Origin: Lingula anatina
Lineage: Eukaryota > Animalia > Brachiopoda
Length of the DNA: 64,000 nt
Assembly (NCBI GenBank): GCA_051362555.1
Contig: CM120640.1
Location: forward strand, 38,852,788-38,916,787
Direction of reading: 5' to 3'
The number at the start of each line of letters is the position of its first letter. Position 1 is the first letter of the stretch. Shown piece by piece: positions 14,401 through 29,933 of this stretch. Below the pieces are notes generated by a model. It saw only the letters and a list, made by a program, of their open reading frames with translations, did not search any database and was not told the DNA's origin. The translations under genes were made by a program, and so were the position numbers.

Positions 14401-17400
14401 TCGAACAAGCGTAACTGTTCAAATCAAGCAGATGTTCAAACTGAGCTGTATTTTCCTAACACTGATCACTCCTTTGATTTTCTAGACAATAGGCCTATTG
14501 GTTTTCCTTGAAATGCGTTATCAGTACTGCATATTTGCTGACAAAAGAGAAAACCTAGGGACAACAGTAGGCAGATCTCTGCTAGTTTTGAAGTTATGAG
14601 GGGCAAGAAAATATGCAGAGTTCAGTTTGTGGTGAAAAAGTAGGTCAAAGGTCAATTTCAAGGTCACAGTATATGACTTCCTATAGAAGTTCAATAGTAG
14701 CTATGGGCATTTCTTTGCCAATTTTGGAGATATGAAGGCCAGGAAACAGTTCATCATAATTAGTAGGTCAAAGGTCAATTTCAAGGTCACAGTAAGATTG
14801 CCAGAATATGACTTCCTATTTAAGTTCAATAGTAACTTTGGGTGTATCTCTGACAGTTTCCGAGATATAAGGAAAATTTGCATAGTTCAGTTCATGGTGA
14901 AAAGTAGGTCAAAGGTCAATTCCAAGGTCACAATATGACTGCCAGTATATGACTTCCTATTCAAGTTCAACAGTAACTATGGGTGTATCTCTGCCAGTTT
15001 TGGAGATATAAGGGTTGAAAAATTTGCAAAGTTCAGTTCATGGTGAAAAGTAGGTCAAAGGTCAATTCTGGGATCATATTAAGATTGCCAGTATATGACT
15101 TCCTATTCAAGTTCAGTAGTAACTATGGGCGTATCTTTGCCAGTTTTGGAGATATAAGGGTTGAAAAATTTGCAAAGTTCAGTTCATGGTGAAAAGTAGG
15201 TCAAAGGTCAATTTCAGTATCATATTAAGATTACCAGTATATGACTTCCTATTCAAGTTCAATAGTAACTATGGGCGTACCTTTGCCAGTTTTGGAGATA
15301 TAAAGATCAGAAGACTTGCAATGTGCAGTTCATAATGAAAAGTAGGTCAAAGGTCAATTTCAAGGTCACAGTCAGATTACCAGTATATGACTTCCTATTC
15401 AAGTTTAATAGTAACTATGGGTGTATCTCTGCTAATTTTGGAGTATTTCACATTTCCCCCACTGAATATTGCGATGTTGTAATTTTTTATATAGGGCAAC
15501 GCCTAAACCATATCAAAAACAAAAAAATGTACACCACCCCCAGTATTGCACTTGACAAGGTCTACAAAATGCAATAAAAAAGAGGTCTCTGGCATTTACC
15601 ATTCCAGATTTAGAGTAAGTTTTTCGGTTTCGGTATCTAATGGCTGCTTCTCCCGTGAAGATGCACCGATTGACCCCAAACTCTCAAAGATGAAAGGAGT
15701 CCCCAATGGTAACCCCTCACTATAACAGGAGAGCTTAGGGCTGCGTAGTTTCCAAAAATTAGCACAAACAAGTATCTTTTACAGAAAATTCCCATTTTCA
15801 GAAAATTTTGGCTTGTTTGACCTTGAAAAAAGGTCAAAAGTCAAATCCAAGGGCATATTTGGAATCTCCACATATGACTTTCGTTCAGACTTCTGTAGTA
15901 ATTTTTCCCATAATTCCTTTGGTTTGGGAGATATTTAGCATTGAATTTTCAAAAATTTTGACAAGGGTGCATTTCAACAAGCGTCACGCCCAGGCCAGTG
16001 CACCGATGGAGACAAAAAAACCAGGGTGTTCAAGTTGAGATTATATGTGACCCAAATCCAAGAGATGGGGACACAGGTCCTTGCGGTCTAGGAGGAGAAG
16101 CGGTAACGGTGACTTGTTTCCGGCGCCCGACTGCGGAGCCGCAGGAGCCAGCGGAGCTGTACGAGACGGGTCGGGACTAAAACCATGAGTACCGCCAGCG
16201 TACACGCTGGTGGTACTAATTAATATGACAGAAAAACTTTTAACAAGGCAAGCTTGAGAAATAATGAACCCAGTTACTTTTAAACTAATATAAAACAAAT
16301 TGACAACCCATGTCACAACTCACCTCTTTCAGAGGTATGATCAATGAGGTCAGAGATGACTTGCTGATAAATTTTGCTAGAATCTCATAGGAATCATAAC
16401 TTTTGCTGCTTCTTGCTTCAAACAGTTTTCCCACAATTCCCTCCACTTCTTTCTCCTCTGCCACTTGCCCAAAAAGTTCCTTGCTGAAAACCTTGACAAA
16501 GGAGTCAAAGTTTCTATAACATCTATATTAAAACCCTTTACAGTTGAAGAAAATAATTCTTAAATTCAGCTGTAATATGCATAAAAATGCATCATCAATG
16601 AAAATCAAATTATGATTAAAAAAAAACAAACCAAAACATTCCAGTTCATTCATTTGGAATAATATTTTTCTTACATTTCCCCAAGTGACTACAATTTTGT
16701 TGAAACTAAAATAAATAAATAAATAAATAAATAAATAACAACATTTTTGTTGATATGAAATGAATAATAATTTAAGAAAAAAATTAATAAATTCAATCAA
16801 GCTCACCTCAGTTAGGCTCTGAACACAGTTATCTAAATCCCCAGGTCGGAGAATTGCTGTCATACTTTTTAAGAGAGAGTGCACAGTAAAAGACAGCACA
16901 TGCAACTGATAACCTTTCGTAAGAGCACCTCGCAATTCTTTCAGGACATAGTGGAAGAAGCTGGGTCCCAGTGAATCAACAATTTTGACTAATGTATCTC
17001 TGGTGATGTTGCGAATGTCTTTTGATCTGGATCGAAGAAACTCACACACCTTGATGAGCAAACTAAAAAAAAAGTACAAGACTTAGTAAAAAAATGTAAA
17101 TTGTAACAATTCATTTACTTGTATAAGTCATCTGAAAGTGGGAAAAATAAGGGGTTATTTAAATTGTTAAGATTTGCTTCCTGTTAATATCCAAATCAAC
17201 ACATCTTTTACCTTGGCAAAGAATGCTCCAAGGTACCCTTTGGTAGGTTTTGCAGCAGTTTGACCATGGCCAAAGCAATGGGGACCCTCAGTACCTCCTC
17301 ATCCTCTGCATATTTTGTGGGTTGGGCAAGTTTATGCTCCTCATCACTCTTTGTCTGAAGGGAAAGGAGAAACATCCAATGCATTATTTCTATCTTAATC

Positions 17401-20400
17401 ATCTAATCACTGAGTTTGAAAAGCTCTCACACCAAAACTATGAAAAAAAATACCACTTATATGATCAAGATACTTATGAACTTACACAGGTCCAATAAAC
17501 ATGTAATCCTTCATGTATTCAAATATGCATCTGCAAAGCAAATCTTATTTGTCTTCACATTAAAACTAGTGTATATAGGACTATTATCTTTAAATCTATG
17601 ACTACTAAACCAGATCTATTCATACCTTCTTAGTCAAACATCTGTGCAACTCTGGTAGAATGGACCTCACAATCATCCTGTGTATCCTGGAGGCAAGACC
17701 TGGAGCACATGGACTTTTCTGGGACTCTAACACAGACTCAACACTGTCAACTGCAGGGCTCACTTCCTCTGCCTGATTCTGTACTAAGTCTTCATCCAGA
17801 TCAGCATCCTCTTTTTCCTCCTCCGCATCTTGTTCCAGAGGAAGTTCCTGATCTTTGCTGGGCTCTGTGACTACTGCCCCAGCTATGCCTCTGCTCTTGG
17901 ACAGGTCAAAGTGGAAGGCTTCTAATACCGTCACAACAATCCTGGAATATACTCAAATTTTGAATGTATTGTAACTAACCAAAAGTGGAAGACCTGTAAT
18001 ACTGTTACAACAATCCTGGAACACAGACAACTTTCATCTATTTAATAACTTTAAAAAAGTGGAGGTTTTCTAATACTGTTACAAAATACTGGAATGTAAC
18101 ATTAAGTGTTCTGACAATTAATAAATATGAAAAGAAATAACAATTAAAACCTTAAATGTGTTATGGTATTCGAAACACATATGACTTCAATAATTTTATA
18201 AATTTGTAAGGTAACTAATAAACCTTTTATCAACTCAGAGGACTTAGTATAAAAATATCCTCTCACCTGACCATTAACTTTTGGTTTTCTAAACTTTTGG
18301 GCAGTTGACCAAGGTAATATTTCAATATCCTAAGATAATGTTCCCATGGCAACTGCCTGCAGATGGCACCAACTAAGTCTACAGCTGCCTCAATCAAGTG
18401 CTGAGCCTTTTCATATGTCTTGTCAGTGAGAAATGATGTGGCAATTGGAAGCATGTAGGAGAGAAGGGATTCGTTCTTCAGTTTTGTGGAAGTCATGTGC
18501 TTTATCAGACGCCTCATGGCTCTGGACCTTCTATGTGTCTACAAAGATAAAACATATTTAAAAATGACATATTAATAACTAAAATTATTTATTTTTTAAT
18601 ATATCAAAGAAACCATTCTTGCAGCAAGGCATTATGTGGCCTATTACTTATGGATTTATTTTTAAGTAAACATGTCTACTAGATTAAGCACATGATACAT
18701 AAGCGATATTGATCTTTTAATCTGACATTTCAAAGAAAATTGATCTCGCAGACTTTTTACCTGTATATGTCTTATATTCTCAAAGAAGTCCACTTCCAAG
18801 TCTTCGTTTGTTAAGGCTACAAAGTCTAAGAACTTTGGCTGAGTTTGGAAATGTCTGACTACCAGAGAAAAAAGATTGAGCATTTCATGTCTCACCACCT
18901 AAAAGGAATGAAATTAAAAAGAGAACAAGAAAAAGACTAAGAGAATGTAGACCTATACCAGGGCAGGTCAGCTCTCATTTTTATTAATTAACTAACCAAT
19001 TTACTCATCAAAATCTTGATTCTAAGTTAGCCCATTTCTGACCTATCCTTAGACTGTTATTAAAATCTGTCTCTTACTATTTGAGTTAGGCTTTATAACT
19101 AACAAACCAACAAAGGCAAAAACATAATCTTCTTGGTGGAGGTAATAAACAAACCCTTTATCATTGCAATAAATTAGCATCAAGTTAAATAAATTAATTT
19201 TTTTTAAATAAAAAAAAATAAAAACTTACTTCTTTTGTCATCTTTTAAATCAATTTTACTAAATAAGGTAATCCTTGCTATGTTAGCAAAACTCCAAGAA
19301 CTCACGCTATGATTGCAATGATAGACCTAACCATAAAACAAAAACAGAATTTAAATGGCAAATTCACATATTAAGACACAAAACTTCTGCATAACTTATA
19401 TCTTACCTCAGTCTTGTTTTTCAGTCCTAGTTTAATCTCCGGTATAAGTGTGTCTAGGACAACTTCCACAAAGACTTCATTATCATAGTTTTTACTGGCC
19501 AATGTCTTTACCATTTCTTGAAGGGTGAATGAGGCATTGTCTCTCAAAGAAAGGTCATCCACCTATGACAAAATCATGTTCAAATACTTATCTTTTAAAA
19601 TGCAACAACATAAAAATTGATAAACAACAACCAATAGTGTTCTGTGCACAATTAATGTTTTTCATTATATATCGAAAAGTCATACCATATGGTACTTTCA
19701 CATTGTAAAAGGAAATGGTTTTACTATATATTTTATATAACTGTAAATTATTTGGATTATATATATATAGTTATTTGTTCTTAGGTTTTATTGCAACCGA
19801 ACTGAGAAGTAACAAAATACATTTACTTCTCTCTACTAATTTCACCTCATGGGATTTAGTAAAAAATCAAATACCTACATTGCCTATACAGAAGCAGCAG
19901 TTATAAATGACCATTCTCAAAAACTGCACACAAGGCTCCATTTTTTGGATGATGTGGTTGATCTCTTTATAAGCATCTAATCTGGTCATATAGTCTGGTT
20001 CTTCAACCCGCCTTGCATCCCATGCATTCAGCTGGAAAATAAATTCTTAAAAAGATTAGAGTCGATATTAAAAAGACAAATTTATGAAAATTGCTGAAAA
20101 GGTGCTATGCAACCTATTGTTCACAATTAAAATGTTTATTGACAGAATAACAGGTACTGTCACAAAAACCTGTAAATAAAAAGATTACAGCTTTCAAATT
20201 ATCAAGGAAAATGTTACTGCAAGAATATTTCAAAACCAAGAGATTCTTTTTTACCTTGTGCACAATATTGGCCATTATGCTTATGCTTTCATCTCTCTCT
20301 GAAATGCACTGTAACAAGAAAATTATCAATATAGTGACATGTATCTTGGCAAAAAGAAACCTTTAGAAACTAACTGCTTGAAATCTCCAGTTTAAATGTA

Positions 20401-23400
20401 AGCGACATGTAAATATCTTTATAATCACATGTATGACATGTATGTATATATTAATATGGTCAACATGGATTTTTTCTATCAAGTTTAATCAACGTGCACC
20501 TGAATTCTATTGCAGCATTCTCAAATAATTCAGTGAAATAATACATAGCATTTAAATACCTTCAGTACGTGACATAAAGCTGTTCTGGAGACTCGAGAAT
20601 GTAAAGAGGAGAATAATTTGCACAGAGGACTGAAATAAAGACAAGTCTAGATTAAGCAATCACTCCTTACAAAGTTTCTATAAACAAATGTGTCATTCAT
20701 TTTGAACAATGAACCTATCTGGAACAGAGTACATTTCAAATATTTCTAATGAACAACAACCTAGTTATAATTTTCATCTTCCAAAAAAAATAAAATGCAA
20801 ATTGTTTTATCTCATAATTCATACTTACGGAACAAATTCCTTTGGATCATCTACCAGTCTAATGAGATTTGCCACTGTCTGCAGAATATCCACCTCAACG
20901 TCCTTTGGAAGTAAAATATGAAATGATAATCTTGTTTGTTACTTAGATGAAAAAAGATGAACAGATTTTCTCATTACACATTTTATAACATTAAGGAAGC
21001 CCATAATTGCAGTTACAAAGGTTTGAACAAAATTCACTAAATTTATGTGTATTTGAATTAAGGATTATTATGATAAGCCAATTAATTTTTAAGGAGCTAC
21101 CAAGAAGGTTGAGATCTCTATTTGAACAACAAATGCACTGACACACACACACTCACATACAGACACCCCTACCTGGGTTCTGGTGATATTTCTTTCCAAA
21201 AATGGAAGCAACAGCTGGATCAGTGTGGCACTTTGGTCTGAATCCTTCACAAAGGCACTCAGCCTAAAATAATACAAATGGCAGGGAAAATAAACATTCC
21301 AAAAAATATCTAAAACTGAAACTACTGAATAATTCTTATTTGCAAATGAATCTAGTTTGTTAGTTACATACTGACAGTGTGCTAATTGTGTATATAAAAA
21401 ACAATAATCTGTATTAATTGTAATTAATTACTACCATGTATCTTTTTATATCTAGACATAATTTAAAAGACAATAAAATGAATGCAATAAACTAACCTTG
21501 ATAAAATGTTGAGGTCTCTGGTTGGAAAAGCTCTCTTCTTCAAGGATTGTTTCACCAAATTTTCAACAATTTGTTTCAAATATTGTAGAATGATTGGCAC
21601 ATGTGGTAGCAGCAGTCTACATCCATACTTAGCAGGTTCTGGTCAAAATATAAAACTGATTTTAACTTACAATTATTGCAATTATTTTGTCAATAGAATA
21701 ATGTTTGCAGTCAGGATGCAAACTTTAATCTCATATTACTAGGACTCTAAAAAGGTAGAAATATTTGAAAACAATGGCAAATACCCATAAAATTATGTCT
21801 TGTGCATGGGCATGAATTTCCCGACAGGTCTTATTTGTTGATGCCTTTGAATTAAATTGCACCACAAATTAAATCACTCTACAAATTGAATCATTTGCAG
21901 CACTTCTGCATTTTTTTTAAAATCATAACTGTTGGTAACATGCTACATCCAGGTCCCTCACCGGCTTATCATAATTGATGGAATTAACATCGAAACATGC
22001 AGCTCTACCAAGTAAAGAACAATTCAATCAAATGTCAGATCAAAACACAACATCATTCTACATCTCATACAAAACCTGTTCATACAGATAAAAAAAAAAA
22101 CCATTGAGTCTGAATAAATTTTAAAAATACAAGAACAACCATCATACCAACCTCCTATCTGTTCAGTCTGTGGTGCTACTACCAGGTCATGAACCTCCAG
22201 ATCAGTAACCCTGTGTTTTACCATTCCCTCCATCTCTTCTTCCTCCTCATCTTTCTCCTCCAGGGTCAACAGGTGCTCGATTATGTCCACTATCATGTTG
22301 GTCACTGTGCTACTGGCCGTTGGGGCCACCAGTAGTTGGAACACATACTTAAGAGGGGTAAGCTGTTTGCTCCCTGACTGATGCTTTCCCAGGAGAGGGA
22401 GATACCTAAATAAAATGTTGTATGCTAATTCATAACTTACACCACACAAGATTTCATCAAATACTTCACAATTTAATGAAAATCCTTTTAAATGTTACTA
22501 AAAATCTGTAATAAGGCTTAGCAGTTTTTATGTATGTAAGCAACAGAACAGAAAATATATCAAGCATGTCAGATGTTATTCTTGATATGAAAAATGTAGT
22601 TAAGTGTCAATATTTTACTCTTGTCAACCAAAAAGTATTTAACAGTTTCTTTAAACTATCTAAAGTTAAACTTGATTCATAACACCATGGTCTTCGGTTT
22701 GGCCAAAAGACAAATCTTAAACACCATATCCAAATGATAAAGAGTCAAAGTATCTCCCGCTCCCTTTTTCTTGCCACAGCAAATATCTGAAATATCTGCC
22801 CTTGGCCACTGCTTACACCAGCGAGTACTCAAATACCTGACACTCTGGCTCCAGGCGCAGATCAACTTGAGCAAAGGCGTTGGATGGCTCAGACTTTCAT
22901 GTGGCAGCCTCTCTACCTGGGGCCACACCACTGCCTCAAACACAGCATCTATGTCTCGCCAGCTAAATGAGTAGTTGTCAAAGGATGAGAAGAACTAAAA
23001 AATAAAAATTAAAAATTAAGAAAAATAATAATAATAATAACAAGCTGCAAGACACACAACTTGCCAACAGGTACCTACCTACCACAGACTTTCACATACA
23101 AAACAAAACTGATTAAGGCTTGCATTATTCCTTAAACAGTCACATCCTTATCATTATGGCAATTGGCACATTCTTCAACAAAATCTGTACGTTTGTAAAT
23201 TCCACTTCCATACACCATACCCCAATACCACCAGCAAACATTTTTTCAGGATATTTTTAAAATCAACTCTAATCAGCTGGAGAGTGAAAGACATAAAAAT
23301 GGCTACCTGAGTAATTCTGTTAATGGTCAGCTGCCTGAGTGTCTTGAGTGTGTTAATAGCCTTGGGGTGGATGTCCACCCTCCTGTCCAGCACATGGACG

Positions 23401-26400
23401 CAGATACCAGCCAGACACACCAAGATCTGATACATGGTGGGCAGGTAGCTGTCTATTAGATTGCCAAGCTTATTGAAGATGACATCCATGGTGTTCAAAA
23501 GACTAGAAGGAAGTTTAAAAAATAATGACTTATTTAGTGATTAAAACTGATAATTTTATCTAGCATACCTTCAACAAACTTTTTAACAAGTAAATATCTC
23601 ACTTAAATAAAATAAGGAAATCAAGACCATGCCATTCAAATTTTTAATCTAGGATAACTAATGGAAGTATTCTTAACACTATTAAAATATTTTACAGTGT
23701 CATGTATGTGCTAGTAGTGATAGATATGAAAAATTACTAATTGTAGTGTTTAAAGCTAGTTATTTTCCTCTGCCAACAAATTCTTAATTGTTAATCCGAT
23801 AGCATTCAGCAAGAGTCCCCATGGAGTTGGATCTATCTATGTACATAGAGCCTTTAGTTTGCCACTCAACAGGCAACTTGGTGTAGACAGACTTCCCCAT
23901 AATAATGACTCTTCATGCACCCTTGGAGCCTTTCCATAGTGCTTGAGCGCCCCCAAAACCATTTTTTTAAAAAAATAAATCACTAAAATGAAAGCCTCAC
24001 CCTTGTTGTTTCCTGAGAGGCACCATCTTACTGAGATCAACTGAAGCTACAGCTGCTCTTAGAGCACTAAGAGCATCACCTATATTGAAAAATAAAATAC
24101 ATCGAAGAATCTTTAAAGACTCACATATCAAAACTATCTACATCATTTTTTTTCTTTTTAATGCCTGGAAATATTTATAAGCATAGTTTCATCTGCATTA
24201 CATTTCTCTAGAATGATACAGTTACACAGATCATTTCTGTCTTTTTTACAACTTCTTTATTTTACAGAAATTACAGGTGTTAAAATTGCAGATCAAAAAT
24301 TTTAACAGTTTTTGCTATGATAAAACTGAACTTCCTACCAGTTGCAAAGTTGACAAAAGGTTGAAATATGAGATCCATGAAAATTTTGAGTTCTTGCTGC
24401 TGGCAGCCTGCCAGAAAGCGAAAAACAATGGCTTTGCGGAACTGACTGTGCCCCTTCCCAGCAGAGTCCTTGCCCGTCTTGTGGAGCATTTTTCCATAGA
24501 GAATCCTGGGAAAGCAAACATCATATCTGCTAATATATAGAACATGAAGCACAAGAATTTTTAAACTACTGATTGTGGTGTATCATATGCATATAGGCCT
24601 AAATCTAAATTATTTTAGAATGTGAAGAGATAAACTCATAGAGAAAATGTATAGAGCAGCATCATTGGGAAATTTCAATGTTCCCAAATCATTGCCAGTA
24701 TTGATTTTTTACATCTTATACTTCATGATACTTTAAACTAGTACAATACTGATACAAATATTGTGGTAATTGGAAAATGTCTTTCACTTACAGCCAGGTA
24801 AGCTAGATGATAAGAGCCTGATATAATTTTGTTATTTCCTCAACAATTATCATTGGTTTGATATTGTATAATAAATAATGTAGGTTCATTTCAGGGTGGT
24901 TGTTCTCAATAAACCAATGGGCCCTAACATTGCTAAAGGAAGCCAATGTCAAAGGAAGATGCTAAAAAATGGACATTTAGCAAAGTTTTCTATCTTTGAT
25001 TGATAATAATTTGATTTTTTGGGCAATTTTAGCTGAATAAATTTGCTCTTTTAAAAAGACATAATTCCAACTGTATAAATTTGCTAACTAAAAGACAACT
25101 TCTCAGCACACTATGAAAACTTTTTTGTAGAATGCATATGGTTTCACAGGCTAATACCGAAAGTCTTTGACGCTCGTATTGTCATGGTATTCCCACTGTG
25201 CATACAAATTAACCCAATTCTGAAAACAACTTCCTCTGAGTTATGCAACAAATTTGAAGACAATCTTCTTATAACCACCAGAAATGGCATATTCTATTAC
25301 TAATTTGTATCTGGTAACACTGATTACCTAATGAGTTGTCAAGGTATATCCAATTAGCACAAATTTTAACCGGAATTTTATCTCAGCTTCATCAGTGGCA
25401 TGAAACAGAGAAATAATCTTTCAGTAACCACTGGATTAGACTTAAAAGGGATTTAGAATCTGCCTTGTGTCAGCTTGTTTTTATTCACATTTTAATACAT
25501 CATCCTGTCTTGATTCCAAGAATGTTGCTGAATCCCTGCACATACCCTTCACTACCTTTAAGTTAATACTGGCTTCACATTAGTGGAAAATCAGATTCCC
25601 TCTGTCAGTTTACACCTAGTTAAGGGACTGTTTGTTATAACAGACCAAAACTAATGTGACTATCAAGGCATGCAAATGTAACATGTGTATGTATGATGTA
25701 TGATTGTGGTTGTGTTAGTGTAGAGAAGTGTGTTCGTGCCTTTTCGTTTGTGTCCGTGTGTCTTCGTTTTTATATAAAACACGCCCCTCTTTGTTACGCG
25801 GCACATTCGTTTCTTGTTTCTGCTATGTTCACACACAGAGTAAACTCGGGTTCGTAAATAAAGTACAGTGACAGCTGTTACACAAATATTAAAGAGGCCT
25901 TTGCCATCATATACCACAAAGCTTTGGAGGTCAGTGAGACAACAGCAGGGCCCACAAAGTACAAGTCTTTAAAAATAACTACTTCATAAGATTGGTCATA
26001 ATGATAATCAAAATAGAATTAGGGATAAAAACACCCAAGTATGAAATTGAATATATGAGAAAAAAATAAGCATAATTGCAGTGCATTGTAAAGTAACTGT
26101 ATTTATGCTGGATTGTGTAATTCCGTTTTAAGCTTCATAAATTACACTCTTATTAAAACATGAATAATGATACAAACAGCATAAAAAGCTAAAAAAAATA
26201 CCGTTGCCCCAGCAAGGGCAGAGTAATAAAATGTCAGCATGCTTTTAATGAGTGGTGCCATATTTGATCCATACACTAGTTAGCCCAAGCATCAACTAGT
26301 TCTGAATGCTTCCATATTGGGGCTTCCTGTTGTTAACATACCTCATAAGCAAAGGCAGCAGTCCTTCCCTGTGCTCTGGGTCCACCACACTATTTTCAGT

Positions 26401-29400
26401 GTCTATACTGAACAAAATGATTTCATTCTTAAATGTCTTGTTGTCAAGCAGGCGGTTAAAATTCTCCCTGGAAAAAAGTTTATTTTAAAAATCAGACAAT
26501 TTTAGCATCCTTCACAGAATTTACAAAATTTAGTAAAAATAATTTCATACAAGTCTATATGTAAAAAAAAAAAAAACACATATTAATGGAAAAAAACAAA
26601 TGAAATTAATATTCAGTGATAAAAATAAATCTTTACACTAGTCATGTACTAAATGCTTAGATTATAACTTTCCTTTTCTAAAGTAGCCATTGATACTTAC
26701 TTGTAAGGTGTAATGTACTTGTAGTTATAGGTATAAATGCAGTCCATTGCAACTTGTTGGACACTTGGATCTTTGTGTTTTAGTAACTAAAAGCATTCAA
26801 ATTATTTCACCATGACATAATGTTCTTTATTTGTTTTTGCTGTAATTGTTACTGCTACCATGACTGCACTCGACAAATATATCTTTCTTTGTATTATTTG
26901 GGACAAAATATAAATAAACAGATCAAATTGTCTAGGCACTAAGACAATATTGCAACTTGTTAGACATTTGTGCTTTAGTAATGAAAAAACATTTGGATGA
27001 TGTGAGCGCATTTTTTTTCTTGTTTTGAAAAGTAATGGTTAAATCTTTGCTAAATTTAAAAAAAAAATCAGATCATGTAATTCTGACAAAAAGACAAAAT
27101 CAAGTTTCTCATGGCATTTTTTGACTTTAAAGCTCACCTCCTGGTATAATTCTCTGAGCCTTGGCTCTTGGTACACTGATTTTGGGCTTTTGAATTTGGT
27201 GAATAACCTCAGGTGTGCTAATAATGTCCTAAAAACAAACATAATCAAATACAATTAACAGGGAACTTACATAAAAATCTGTTACATTAATTTTTCCTCA
27301 TCTTGTTCAAAAATCACATCTATGTCATGTCAGATAAATCTCTACTTACTTTGTTGGAGCTCTTTTCCGCTTCATCTTTCCCTTACTCTCTTCTCCTTCC
27401 TCCTCATCTCCCTGACTGCTATCCCCCTGGTCTACTTCTAACTCTTCATCCAAACCATCCCCAGGCTTTCTCAAATCTTGAGTGGGGGCCACATGTAGGT
27501 CAGCAGGGTAATACTCATTCCTGGATTATGAGTCATGATAGTAAATGCTAGCTTAACACATTTGACAAAAAAGTTAAAAGAAGCCAAACTATAAACTGAA
27601 TTTAAAATATTATATGTACGTCTCAAAGTTAAAGTGAAGTGTATGATTATGAAAAAAAACATACATAATCACTTTTTGAAGAAAAAAAAACATTTGGCAA
27701 TCATTAAAGATCAAAGAAATATACCATTATAGTAAATACTATTTTCTTTAAAAAAAGGGAAAAAGAATAGAGAATCTAAAAATAAAATTCAAACATTACT
27801 TACTCAAGAAATCTAAAGAACAAAGGAACAATTTCTCTAGTTTTAGCCTCACACTTGTCAGGAAACAGGTGCATAGCCTTCCAGAGAAGAAGACGAACAT
27901 TGGCGTGATCTGGTCTGTCTTTAGTGCTGGAGCATTTTGAACAGTGCAATCTGAAGATCTCCTCTAATGGTCTTTGTTCAATATCCTCTTCTTCTTCATC
28001 CACCAACTGGCCTTCTGGACGAGTTGTGCTGGAGTCTAACAGGCTTCTCTCTAAAAGTTAATTAAAAATGGTCAGTATATGACTTTCTATTCAACTTCAA
28101 CAGTAACTATGGACCTATCTCTGCCAGTTTTGGAGATAAAAGAGAAGCAAAATTTGCAAAGTTCAGTTCATGATGAAAAGTAGGTCAAAGGTCAATTTCA
28201 AGATCACATTTAGATTGTCAGTATATGACTTCATATAGAAACTATGGACCTATCTCTGCCAGTTTTGGAGATAAAAGGGAAGCAAAATTTGCAAAGTTCA
28301 GTTCATGGTGAAAAGTAGGTCAAAGGTCAATTTCAAGGTCACATTTAGATTGCCAGTATATGACTTCCTATTCAACTTCAATAGTAACTATGGACCTATC
28401 TCTGCCAGTTTTGGAGATAAAAGGGAAGCAAAATTTGCAAAGTTCAATTCATGGTGAAAAGTAGGTCAAAGGTCGATTTGAAGGTCACAGTAAGATTGCC
28501 AGTATATGACTTCCTATTCAACTTCAATAGTAACTATGGACCTATCTCTGCCAGTTTTGGAGATATAAGGGACTAAATGTTATAATTTTGGAATTACCTT
28601 AATGTGCCATAAATTTCCTACAGCAAAAATTAATTAAAATAAAGAAAAGGTCATTTTGGTCAAAATTCTTGAAATGGGAGGTGCTCTGAAGTTCCAGAAG
28701 TTCAAATTTGATGAAATAATGTCATTTTTGACCACAAGTTGTCTGCTTTGCCAAGCCTTATGTTTTATTTTTCCAGAGTTCAAAATTTATTATCCATTAC
28801 CGTACTGCACATTTTGCTTTCACCACCATTATGTACTTTTTGATACAGCATAACTTGAAAACCGTACGGAATACAAAAAAACGGAGACCACCCCCAGTGT
28901 TGGGCTTTACATGCTCTACAAAATGCAAAAAAGAATGGGTCTCTAGCATTAACGGTTCCCGAATTAGAGACAGTTTTCAGTTTCGGCATCTTATGGCCGC
29001 TACTCCCGTGAAAATGCACCGATTGACCCCAAATTCACGGAGATGAAAGATGACCTGAAGGGTAACACTTTCCAATAATATTATTGGTTAAGTCTGTGTG
29101 GTGTCTGAATAACAGGGCAAAAAAATTTTTTTTCATAAAAAATTTAATTTTTTTGAAAATTTTGGCCCGTTTGACCTTGAAGTAAAGGTCAAAGGTCAAA
29201 TCCAAGGGCATATTTGAAATCTACACATATGACTTTTGGAAAGCCGTCTGTAGAAATTTTTCCCATAACCCCTTCCGTAGGGTAGATAATTAGCATTTAA
29301 TTTTGTCATTTTTGGACAAGGGTGCATTTCAATGAGTGCCACACCCAGACCCCAATACCGACAAAGCCCAAATTTTACGTGGAACGAGTTGAGATTATAG

Positions 29401-29890
29401 GTGACCTAAATCCAAGAGATGGGTACGGGGGGCCTTACCGCCTAGGAGGAGAAGCGGTAACGGTAGCCGTGCGGCGGAGCCGGCGGAACGATCCGGACGG
29501 GACCGAAACCATGTGTACCGCCAGCGCTAACGCTGGTGGTACAATTAGTACATAAAATAAGCATAAAGACCAGTGAGTATAAGGAACAGAAAATAGATGT
29601 AAATAAAAAGTTATTGTTTGTTCATAACTTGTTAATATGCATCATCATTTATCACACTATGGGAATCAGTCATAAAAAAGTACCAGCAAATAATTGCTAT
29701 GGTTTCAATGAAGTGACAATTTACCTGCTAACTCAGCTGATGTCTTCAAATGGGGAATGTAGATATTCCAAAATGATGTTTTCTCTAAGCCACATGCCTG
29801 TGTCTTTATAAGCTCTAATAAAGGGTCCCAAATCAATGTGAAGTTCACATACATCATTCCCAGCAAATACCTCAATGGCACCTACACAAA

Positions 29891-29933
<43 letters not shown>

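Noticed and set aside
14600-15440. Regularly spaced repeats resembling a CRISPR array
   Set aside because: The units repeat over their whole length with no unique spacers, the context is a eukaryotic intron, and there are no cas genes.
28051-29724. Possible loss of a UTP20 exon at the truncated HINE insertion
   Set aside because: The flanking exons join in phase (..KTSAELA|ERSLLDS..) and stay collinear with recalled human UTP20.
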